Positions 23,930 to 34,352 of a DNA stretch of 64,000 nt are shown here, in pieces. Source of the stretch: Eledone cirrhosa (taxonomy: Eukaryota); NCBI GenBank assembly GCA_964016885.1, contig OZ024742.1, forward strand, positions 72,416,001 through 72,480,000, given 5' to 3'. The notes under the pieces are model-generated. The model had not been told where the DNA came from and ran no database searches. It saw only the letters and a program-made list of their open reading frames with translations. The translations under genes and the position numbers were made by a program. The first letter of the stretch is position 1. Each line of letters opens with the position of its first letter.

Positions 23930-26900
23930 TTAAGTTAAGGCCTCCTTCAGTCAAGGCTGACCGTGGGTCCTGTTGTCAGCTCAGCTGGAGCAGCGTCTCC
24001 AGTGGCTAAACAGACATTTACGTGAGTGACAGTCTCTGTCACATTGAACACATCTGTATATGGTCTCTGGTCTGTTGGATTTATTGCGCTCCTTTGGCCG
24101 GGCTTTCCTGTCTGCTGCAGTCATCAACCTCTCCTCTCCTGATTTGAGGTGTTGGTTCAGGGTGTTTCTCCATCTTGGCTGGTCAGCTGCAAAGCTCTCC
24201 CAGGACTCTGTGTTGATCTTAATGGCCTTCATATCTCTCTTCACAATGTCCTTGTATCGCAACCAAGATCGACCAGTGGATCTCTTTCCAGAGGCCAGCT
24301 CCCCATTTAAGATGTCTTTTGGAATGCAGTGGACGTGTCCTAGTCAGCATAGTCTGCACTGTCGGAGCAGGGTAAACATGCTGGGAAGGCCAACATGAAT
24401 AAGGACCTCGGCGTTGGGCACTCTATCCTACCAGGGTACAGTGCAGGTTTCTCAGATGGAAGGTGTTAAGTCGCCTCTCCTGTAGTATATGGGGACCATG
24501 TCTCACTGCCATACAGCAGAGTGCTGATGACACAGGCATTGTACACAGCCATCTTGGTCTTTACCATCAGCTTGGGGTTTATCCACACTTGGGTTGTAAG
24601 GTGAGCAAATATTGTGGCTGCCTTACTAATCCTCCTGTTGAGCTCTGTGTCCAGGGAGAGGTTGTCGGTGATGGTGGAACTAAGGTAGGTGAACTGATGG
24701 ATGACGTGAAGCTCATAGTCATCAATTTTGATGACCAGTGGTGCCTCTGTGCCCTGTCCCAAGATGTTTGTCTTCCCAAGGCTGATGGTCAGTCCAAAAT
24801 CCCTGCAACCTGGGAAAAGCAGTCCATCAGCATCTGGAGTTCCTGCTGGGAGTACGTTGCAACTGCTGCATTATCAGCAAACAGCATGTCTCTAATTAGG
24901 GTTTTACGTACCTTTGTCCTCGCTCTGAGGCAGGCGAGGTTGAACAGCTTGCCATCTGATTGGGTATGTAGGAATATCCCTTCTGTTGCAGCATTGAATG
25001 CATGCCTCAAGAGAAGAGCAAAAAAGATCCCAAAGAGTGTGGGCGCAAGGATGCAGCCTTGTTTTATGCCGCTGTAAATGCTGAATGACTCAAAGCTGCC
25101 CCTATTAAACTGCACTGTCCCCTTCATGTTGGTATGGAAAGATTTGACCATGTTCTGCAGTCCTGGTGGGCTGCCAATCCTTGGGAGGATCTTGAAAAGC
25201 CGACTCTACTAACCAGGTCAAACACCTTGGTGAGGTCGATAAAAGCAACATACAGGGGCATGTACTGTTCCCTGCATTTCTCCTGGAGTTGGCGGAGGAA
25301 GAAGACCACGTCTACTGTTAGCTGCTCGGCTCGGAAGCTGCACTGTGATTCTGGGTACACATGCTCTGCCAGCTTCTGCAGGCGGATCAAGATGACCTTT
25401 GCGAATACCTTGCCCAAGACACCGAGAAGAGACATGCCTCTGTAGTTGTTGCAGTCGCTTCTTTTGCCTTTGTTCTTGTAGAGGATGATGATCTTAGTGT
25501 CGCACATGTCGTGTGGCACAGCACCTTCTTGCCAGCACTGGCAGAGTCCCTCATGCAGTGACCACAGTAGGATACTCCTGCATTACTTGATCAGGTCTGG
25601 AGGAACTCCATCGTCGCCTGAGGCCAAGCTGTTAATGGCCTTGTTGAGCTCTTCCAAAGTTGGCTCAACATCAAGCTCTTCCATGACAGGCAGTCACTCA
25701 ATAGCATCGAGAGCCGAGTGGGACACAGTGTTCTGTCTGGATTAGAGGTCAGAGTAGTGCTCCACCCATCTCTCCATCTGCTAGCCCCTGTCAGTGATTA
25801 CTTCCCCAGTGTTGGATTTCAGGGGAGCTGTCTTGCTTTGGACTGGTGCCAGTGCCTTCTTGATGCCATCATACATGCCTCTGATGTTCCCTGTTACGAC
25901 AGCTGTCTGGATGTCCTCACTGAGCTGTGTCCAGTACTCATTAGCACAGTGCCTTGCACTGTTGAACCTTGCTTCTGGCAGCCCTGAGAGTCTGTATGTT
26001 CCTTTTGCTGGGCAATCGTTTGTACCCAGTTAGGGCAGCATGCTTGACTTCAATGACAGGGGTTTTCCTGTTGGACTTAGCCTCAAACCAGTCGTTACTT
26101 CGAGACCCTCTTTCCAAATGTAGCCAAGGCCGTGCTGTGCATTTCCCACTTCTCTGTGGCAGACTCCCCAGGCTGAGAGGTGTGAAGTTCTTTCTTGAGA
26201 GCCTCCGTGAATTGCCTTACAAGTTCTGGTTGGTACATCTTGCTGACATCAAGGCAAGGATTCCCCTGTTTCTTGACTCAATGGCATCTCCTTGGTTGTA
26301 GCCTGATCTTGCAACAGACCAAGGAGTGGTCTGTGTCACAGTCTGCACTGTGGTAGGAGCGTGTGTGGAGAACGTTCTTGATGGCGGTACATCTGACCAG
26401 AATGAGGTCTAGCTGGTGTCAGTGCTTTGAGTGCGGATGTCTCCAGAAAACCTTTTGTTGCAGCTTGGTGCCGTAGTAGGAGTTGGTGATGCACAGGTTG
26501 TGATAAGTGCACAGCTCAAGAAGGCGCTGTCCATTGTCATTCATTTTTCCCACACCAAACTGTTCGAGGCAGGAGGGCCATGTGTCATGATCTGCACCCA
26601 CTCTGGCATTGAAATCCCCAAGGAGAATGAGTTGTTCCCTATTGGAGATGTTGATAGTGGGTACAAAGTTCTCATAGAACCTATCCTTTGTGTCTGATGT
26701 GGAGGACAGCGTTGCGGCATACACGCTGGCTAGGGTGACGGGACCTGCGGTGGTGTTGAGGCAGAGAGTCAGAAGTCTCTCTGAGCCATTATTCCCTTGA
26801 TCTACCATACTCAGCAGGCTGTTCTTCCCTGCAAAGGCTATTCCATGCTCTCTGCGCTTGTCTGATCCCCTCAGTGTACCCAAATCTGCCAGGTGTGTTT

Positions 26901-27973
26901 CCTGAATGGTGGCAATATCCAAGTTTGGTCTCTCCAACTCAGTGTTAATCACAGCTATTTTTCTGCAGTCACTGATGTTTAGTATGTTGCTGAAAAGGCC
27001 AGTTATCATAATCTGGACATTCCAAGTTCCCAGTTTTAGAGCTGGTCTCTTTTGTTGCTTGGTTGTTTTACCAGGTGCAAAGGTTTTAGTCTGCTGTTCA
27101 GATGAATCCTAATCCTCATGCACCCAATGAGGGAAGCAGACTGTGACAGGACAGCACCTTACTGGCTGGGGGTTGCCCAACTTGAGGTGGGCGAAAGCTG
27201 TCCAGTGAGATCTGAAAATCTCTCCCACCATTGGGAGCAACCCCTGGCGCTTTGCTTTTACACTAAATGATTGAAGGCTTATCACTGGTAACTGTTACTC
27301 CCTGTATTGTGTCCATGCTGTAGGTGAATCTGGAGTGTCCTCTTCAGGTGTATGGTGCAGGTTGTGTTGATGAGTGATGCATAGAATGGAGTGGCTGGAT
27401 ACAAGCCTGGGCGATGTAATTTGGAGGACAGGATGTTGTCCATGCAGCATGTTCCCCCTCTCCACAACGCTACTAGATCCAAAGGAGCAACCAGGCTGCT
27501 ACAGTTTGGCAGCAGCATTATCACAGGAGCTGCCAAAATGAAGTTGTAATCAATGACAAACTTAGGGGATCTGACTCCGGATTTTTTCACAAGGTTTATC
27601 ACTACAAGGCAGCAGAGGTTTGGATTCAGAGTTTTCCTTCTCCTAGATGGATTAACTGCCAAGGATAACAACCCCCATCTGGCCCAATGTGGCAGGGTTT
27701 CATGGTAGCCAGTAGCAGGACAATCCAGGGAAACCAGAACAACCTGACCTGACTGCAAGCCACATATGTACTTGCTAATGGATGGCTGTTGACTCACACA
27801 AGTTCCTCCGCCCTTTGACAGGTTATGTTTTTCATCCTGCAGAATGTCCAATAATCACCCTCCTCACCAAGCAAGCCTGGTGGGGTTGCCAATTTAGTCA
27901 CCGACGACCCAACCATGGAACAGGTTGTACTGGGTTACATGTTACCAGTAGCACCCAGGAATGACCTGACATA
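23930..27973 (-). mobile_element. Full-length decayed BovB-like RTE LINE
   Basis: 8-bp TSD GATGTCAG (23922-29 and 27974-81); (TAACT)n tail. APE ORF 26419-27009 (IQETHL, LLGDFNARVG) and RT pieces (NYRGMSLL, GIKQGCILAPTLF, SDGKLFNL..LRARTKV, LFADNAA); several frameshifts. Confidence 0.92.
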
Positions 27974-28364
27974 GATGTCAGCAATTGCTATTATATATTG
28001 TTTGACTAAATGAGTAATTGCATTTAGTTCAACAGTGGCTGGTGAGATGAATATTCAGCAAAATATTTAGATATCCCATGAAGTAACTTGTAATAAATAT
28101 TCCATATTTTCTTTGTGTGAGATATTTGAGATTCATTCTTTCTATTTGTTTTATTCACATGGACATAAAGTCATAGCATCAACTAATTGTTGAATGTTTG
28201 TGCTCTCTTAGTAATTCAATATCACACTTAAATCAACTAAGGTTGTACTGCTAGGTTTAATGTGCATCTATCTATTACAGGAGTGTGTGTGTACATAGGG
28301 TTAAGTCTGCAAACAGGAGAAACAAAACTCAATACATGGGTAGAATGATGTATGTTTTTTTTTA

Positions 28365-28473
28365 TGTACCAGTGACTCGTCAGTTAAGAGCCTTGTGCTT
28401 AAGAGCATTCAAAATTGGTTTTGAAGTGTGTGCTTAATCACAAACTCCTAGCCCTTGAGTCACTGGTACAACT
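28365..28473 (+). ncRNA. Long structured hairpin ending in ACA (snoRNA/miRNA-like candidate)
   Basis: 14-bp perfect terminal stem TGTACCAGTGACTC/GAGTCACTGGTACA with inner stems TTGTG/CACAA, TTAAG/CTTAA and TTCAAAA/TTTTGAA; begins 15 nt after a GTATGT donor. Confidence 0.4.
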
Positions 28474-28510
28474 TTGCAGCCTTAATATATATATATATAA
28501 TAATAATAAT

Positions 28511-30305
28511 AAAAAGGCATTCGACATGGTACCTCATTCTTGGATAACCAAAAGCCTAGAGATCTTCAAGGTGGCAGATAACATCAGACAATTGTTGAGC
28601 AAAAGTATGAAGTCTTGGGAAACAGAGTTAACATCAGGTGGAGAATCCTTGGGAGGCGTGAAGATCAAGAGAGGTATCTTCCAGGGAGATAGTTTGTCCT
28701 CTCTGCTGTTTGTCCTTGGCCTGATACCCCTGTCCGTTATATTGCGAAAAGTGAGAGCAGGATACAAGTTGGGAAGAGGAGAGCTTACCATCAACCACCT
28801 CCTCTTCATGGACGATCTTAAACTCTTTGGGAAGAGTGAGAAGGAGTTGGAGGTACTTGATGACACTGTCCGTATTTTCAGCAATGATATATGTATGGAA
28901 TTTGGTATTAATAAGTGTGGAGTCCTAGTGATGAAGAGGGGTAAATTGAGCAGAAGCAACGGAATCCAGGTACCAACAGGTGAGATGATAAAGGAAATTG
29001 ACACTGAAGAGGGATACAAATATTTAGGTGTTCTGGAGGCAGATGACATAAAGAACAAAAAAATGAAGGAATTGATAAGATCTGAGTACATAAGGAGAGT
29101 AAGGAGCGTACTAAAATCACATCTAAATAGTAGGAATGTCATAAGTGCAGTAAATTCCCGAGCTGTGTCTATTATTAGGTACAGTGCGGGAATTCTGAAA
29201 TGGAATGTTGCCGAACAAAAAGAAATAGATAGGAAGACTAGGAAGCTATTGACTATCTACAACATGTTCCACAAGAGGAGTGATGTTGATAGACTCTACT
29301 TAAAGAGATCTGAAAGTGGAAGAGGTCTTATCAGCATAGAGGACTGTGTTCAGATGGAGAAAAACAACCTACACAAATATGTGACAGTATGGAGCCAATG
29401 CTCAAAATTATACTGAAGGAGAAGACAATAGACCAGGGGATGTCCAAGGAGGAAGAGCAACCTTCATGAAAAATCCCTTCATAGCACCTTCTTTAAGAAA
29501 ACTGAATTCAGATATCCACAGACATGGAACTGGTTAAAAAGAGGAGACCTTAAAAAAGCTACAGAAGGAATGCTAATGGCTGCGTAAGAGCAAGCCCTCA
29601 GAATGAAGTGGGTGAAACACCATATTGACAGGGAGGAGGCTAGCTCACTGTGTAGGATCTGTGAAGAGAGAGAAGAGACTGTGGCTCACATTGTATCCGA
29701 GTGTAAACACCTATCCCAGACTCACTATAAAGGCTAGACATGATGTGATAGGCAGGGTGATCCACTGGCATCTATGCAAAGTAAACAATTTACCACATTC
29801 TGAGAAGTGGTATGAGCATAAGCCAGAGTCGATGATAGAAAACGATCAGGTGAAGGTGCTGTGGGATTTTAGGATACAGACGGACAAGAAATTAAAACAC
29901 AATAGACCTGACCTGGTGGTTTTGAACAAGGAAAAAAGATCATGCCTGATTGTAGATGTAGCCTGCCCATTTGACACGAGAGTGCAAGAAAAGGAGAGGG
30001 AGAAAATTAACCGATACCAGGACTTAAAGTGGGAGTTAAAAAGGATTTGGAACTGCCATGAAATCAAGGTCGTCCTGATTGTCATAGGCGGACTAGGTAC
30101 TATCTCAAAGAGTTTCCAAGGATGGTTAAAGAAGATTAGTCCAGCCCCGCTTTTTGGAACACTTCAAAAGGCATGCTTGCCGGGAACAGCAAGAACCCTC
30201 CGATATGTCCTGAATGTCTAGGCTGCAGGTAGCTTGATATTCACTTCAACAACCTTTCCAGTTAAATAACATCAATGACTGAGACTCAAATAACAATAAT
30301 AATAA
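28511..30305 (+). mobile_element. 5'-truncated R4/Dong-clade non-LTR retrotransposon
   Basis: RT motifs KAFDMVPH, GIFQGDSLS, LFMDDLKL; CCHC knuckle (CRIC...HIVSEC); RHD and PDLV..D RLE nuclease; (TAA)n on both sides; stops and frameshifts present. Confidence 0.92.
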
Positions 30306-30487
30306 TTGTTTCTACTTTAGGCACAAGGCCAGCAATTACCCAGTACATTACTGGTACTTTATTTAATCGACGCCGTAAGGATGAAAGGCAAAGTTAACCT
30401 CAGCGGGATTTGAACTCAAACCGTAAAGGGACGTAACTATGCTGGAAAGCATGGCGTCCAACCTTCTACCGATACTGCCAATCCACC
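30305..30487 (-). mobile_element. tRNA/Meta-like SINE inserted in (TAA)n tail
   Basis: Same family as 204-379. Confidence 0.85.
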
Positions 30488-30563
30488 TAACAATAACAAT
30501 AACAATAATAATAATAATACATGGGAACAAAGAATTAGTATTGCATCATATACATATTTAATT

Positions 30564-30654
30564 ACATATTACATATGTTTCACTGCCGATCAGCTCGAGG
30601 AACAATCTAATAATGTTCAATCCTGACTCTGGAATCGGGACTCCTCAGATATGT
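30564..30654 (-). ncRNA. Type I hammerhead ribozyme motif (Penelope-like)
   Basis: Minus strand: ACATAT-CTGAGGA-[stem II CCGAT/ATCGG, GAACA/TGTTC]-GAAAC-ATAT-GTA-ATATGT. 6-bp stem I, palindromic short stem III, GUA cleavage triplet. Confidence 0.7.
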
Positions 30655-31407
30655 GTTTTCACATATAACATCACCATCATCATCATCACTTAACATCTTT
30701 TTTATCTGCTAGGAAGGGCTGGCTGTGTTGTCACAGACCAGTCAGTACTCAAGCAGAACCTCTGTACTCCAGCTAAGTTGGGGGCCTGACATACAATCTT
30801 GTGCTCTACCAAGTGCATTTTTTCATGGCACCAACACTAGGAAAGTTGTCATGTCTTTGTCACAGCTGAAGAATCTTCCCAACACTTTGTTTGCCCAGGC
30901 TTGCACCTTGGAGAGGAACTTACCTGGTGTAACTTTATGGTCAATCATAACCAAATCCTTACTCCCATGTTTGATTGTTACAGTGTTAAAAAAGTGAAAT
31001 GCAGTTGAGGTCCAATAAAGCAAATATCAATTTCACTTAATATTTTAAGCTGAATATACATAGCTGAAAGAAGTGCTTAATGAAAATTTTTCCAACACGG
31101 ATGTAAGCAATCATAAAGCGTCAGATTCCAGTTTACAATATGTAAAATAATACATGTACTGAATTTTCTTTGCTTTATTTATGAAACTAAACTAAACTAT
31201 ATATTGACTATATATATACAGGATTTATACCACTCACAAAAGACATTTATTTCACATTTTTAATCATTTAGAAGAGAAATGTTAGGAAACCAGTGTGTTG
31301 AAAGACTATGTGAGAGATTGTGGGAATACCTATCCTTTAAGAAAATTAACAGATACTTGGCAAGAAAACTACCGACAAAGACGGATCTAAATATAAATAT
31401 TAAAAAT

Positions 31408-33270
31408 AAGTCTTTCTTTATTGGATACTAGCTGAATTGCCCGGCGTTGCTCGAGTTACTGCTGTTCTTATTCAGATTAGTAAACAATAAATATGAAAAT
31501 ATGGTTTTTTTTCTCATAATTATTTCAAAATATCTATATTTTATTTTTTAAAATATCAAAATTGTAATGATAATAGAATTTAGAAATGAAAATTTGTCAA
31601 TCTTGAAGCACCTTAGGGTAATCAATATTATTGTGTGGCTATATGTATGTGTAGATGTGTTTGTGTGTGTTTAATTCTCTGAGGTCTAATGTACGTAACA
31701 AACTCACAAACACACATACACTCACAGACACATACACACTGATATACAAAATGTGACATCGTCGTCGTGGGTTACAATAGTTGACTATAGAAATATTATT
31801 GTAGATAAAATGTTATATTGTTTTAATCCAAATGAAAATAAAAATTACATGTTGACACTCCCGGGGTCTAATACTATTACCTAGTAAAATTTGATTTGGT
31901 CAAGCCGTTTAAGAATGCCTAGGAACAGAGAGACAAAGAATTTTATATATAGAGAGATGAGGGCCAAAAAACAAGGAACAATACAAATGGACAAGAAGAG
32001 TGGAGATTTACATATAATTAAAGGTGTAAACAGAGAAAACAGGTAACAAAATATAAATAAATTAAAACAGAATTGGTGAGGAGCATCACCCAGAAGTACT
32101 TTAAGAACACCACAGATCCCAAACCACCTTAACCGCCAAGAGCACTATAGGAAGAGGCTCTCCTCCTCTCTGAACTCTCAAGCCTAAAGCTGCCTGCTCA
32201 GAGTAGGCCCATTTACTTGGGCCATCCTCACTACATTCACCCACCTTTTAACAAATGTACTTGGAGGCAGCACTTCCCTCTCCACCCTCACCCTTCCTAT
32301 CCAAATGGAACTTGAAAAAGTCTATAAAGCTTGGTTGAAGAGAAAAGTGCCTGCCTTCAGTCCTTCCAATCACGTCCACCACACAACTTCTTTCACCACA
32401 GTCACCAGAAAACTGCTTGCCTTTCCTGGCCAAAATGAAATTGGCCATTAGTCAGATCTGTTCTACATGCAATGACAGCTGTTTGATAAACCTCCCCAAG
32501 TCAGCAATGTTGAAACACTGGTCGAGTGATTGCAGAAAGGTTTCGTCACTCTGTACATATCTGAGACACACATCTGACATCACTTACATGCCTGAATTTG
32601 TCTCGAACTAGCAGTGCCTCCCAGCCAGGCTAGGGTTTTCTGGGAATTGCCCTTAGTCCCTGCACTGAAAGATTAGTTCATTTTCATGGACACCTAGAGT
32701 GTCTCTGAGAACATCATCGTACTCACTCTTCATTAGTCCTCTATAGAATATTAACATGGAATTTCCTCTGATCACATTGCCCAACTATTAGAGGGCTGTA
32801 AGTGCCTGCCAACATTCCAAATGCAAAACACCCAGCCTTAGTCTTCTCTTGACCCTGGAGTGCAGCTCAGTCAAAGTGATGAGCTGTAGAAAGATGTGCC
32901 TGACAAACGGCAATCACAGCAGCTCACCATTCACGAATATAATTGCTAATTCCACAGCCTTAGCACATGCTTACATGTCATCAACTCTAACATGCCAAGC
33001 TCTCCATGGAATGAGTGTTATAAGCAAATGGACCGCCTGGCCAGTGGAGCCTGTCCCTTCCACAAGAAGTGAAAAAGCAGGTGGTCCAGTCGGGTGAGGT
33101 GCAAACTGAAGCAAGACATATTTTCCATGCTTTGTATTTGTTGTTGTTGCTGCTGCTGTCACTGTCTGCTGAATTTGTTGAATTTTGTTCCATTTAGTGG
33201 ACAGCTGACTGTTCTTTTCTGTAGACGAATCTTTTTCTTCCGCCATTATTTTTTTTTTAAATTGAGGGGT
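31408..33270 (-). mobile_element. Internally deleted L1/Tx1-like LINE remnant interrupted by a Helitron
   Basis: Minus strand C-terminal remnant FIDFFKFHL..FVKRWVNV and pyrimidine-rich 3' UTR ending AATAAAGAAAG at ~31410; possible ORF1 start MAEEKDS at 33246. Confidence 0.55.
31428..31957 (-). mobile_element. Non-autonomous Helitron
   Basis: 5' TCTCTCTATATATAAAA at 31957; 3' CTCGAGCAACGCCGGG hairpin plus CTAG|T at 31428; same termini as the 21007-22196 element. Confidence 0.85.
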
Positions 33271-33639
33271 GTGTTTAAAAAATATACATAGATATAGCCT
33301 TATAGGCTAGAGACAGGGGGAAATCAACTGGCTCGCCAGGATCCTAGTTGATTTATTACAAAGCAACATCAAATGTTAGACAAAAAAACGTATAGTAATG
33401 TGAATAAACAACAAACGTACTGAACATTCTGCACACATGTCAATAGACGAACATTGACACCAGCAATTATCCCAGTACATTACTGGTACTTTATTTTATC
33501 AACCCTGTAAGGATGAAAGGCAGGCAAAGTTAACCTCGGTGGGATTTCAACTCAGACTGCAATGGGCCGTAACTCTATGCTGCAAAGCATGATATCCGAT
33601 ACTGACAATCCACCACACTTAATAATAATAATAAGAGTA

Positions 33640-33990
33640 TAAAAGAAGATATATCATATATATCTTCAATGATGATAGAGACAAGTCCAACATAATTTGA
33701 GATAACACTATTCAAACAGACTACAGAAGTAGGCATGAGTGCCAGAATGTTGATGTTACCATCCCAGGAAACCAAAATATAAAGTTGAAGGAAAATGAAG
33801 AAGTAACCAAATATACTATTGAAATTGCATGAATGTGGTCAACAGCATTTAAAAAATCAAGATAATTCCAGATATTATAGGAGCTTTGGACCTGATACCA
33901 CTAAAACAGAAGATATCTTAAGAAAATAGATCTCAAACATAAATTTCTCTCTTACAAAAAGCTGCATATACTCGGAAAAGTATTATTTGT
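33640..33990 (+). mobile_element. Old R4/Dong-like RLE fragment
   Basis: Degenerate DVTIP..N..KE.E..TKY, IIP.IIGAL and LQKAA motifs after (TAA)n. Confidence 0.5.
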
Positions 33991-34248
33991 ATAAAGTCAA
34001 GTTGAGGGGCTGTTAGGGCCTCTTTACTTCCTGCCTTGCCCAGTATATGCTGACTTCATTTGTAAAATTTTTCATTTAAGATAATAATTTATTTAGCTTT
34101 GCAAACCCTCCCAGACTGGTAAGATTGATAAGTGAAATATTTGTTGTAGTTAATAAATGTTTATTTGTACTGCAGAAAGGTGTGTTTACATTTGGTGGAG
34201 CTAAAGCCAAAGTGAAGAGGATGTATGTTGTATTCCTACACCAAAAAC

Positions 34249-34352
34249 ATTAGACATAACTCACATGCTTTAATGTATGTGTAAAGTAGTTCTAATCATA
34301 TTACTATATCCCTAATGGTGAGATTGATGATTGATGTCTAGTTTAAACATCT
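34249..34352 (+). ncRNA. H/ACA box snoRNA candidate
   Basis: Hairpin ATTAGA/TCTAAT plus CACATGC/GTATGTG with an internal pocket 16 nt from H box ATATTA (34298-303); weak second hairpin; ACA at 34347-49; inside the 188-nt putative intron 34223-34410. Confidence 0.4.

Noticed and set aside
34176-34222. Protein-coding exon KGVFTFGGAKAKVKR
   Set aside because: No recognisable homology, and neighbouring mini-exons introduce stops; kept as a non-coding exon candidate.
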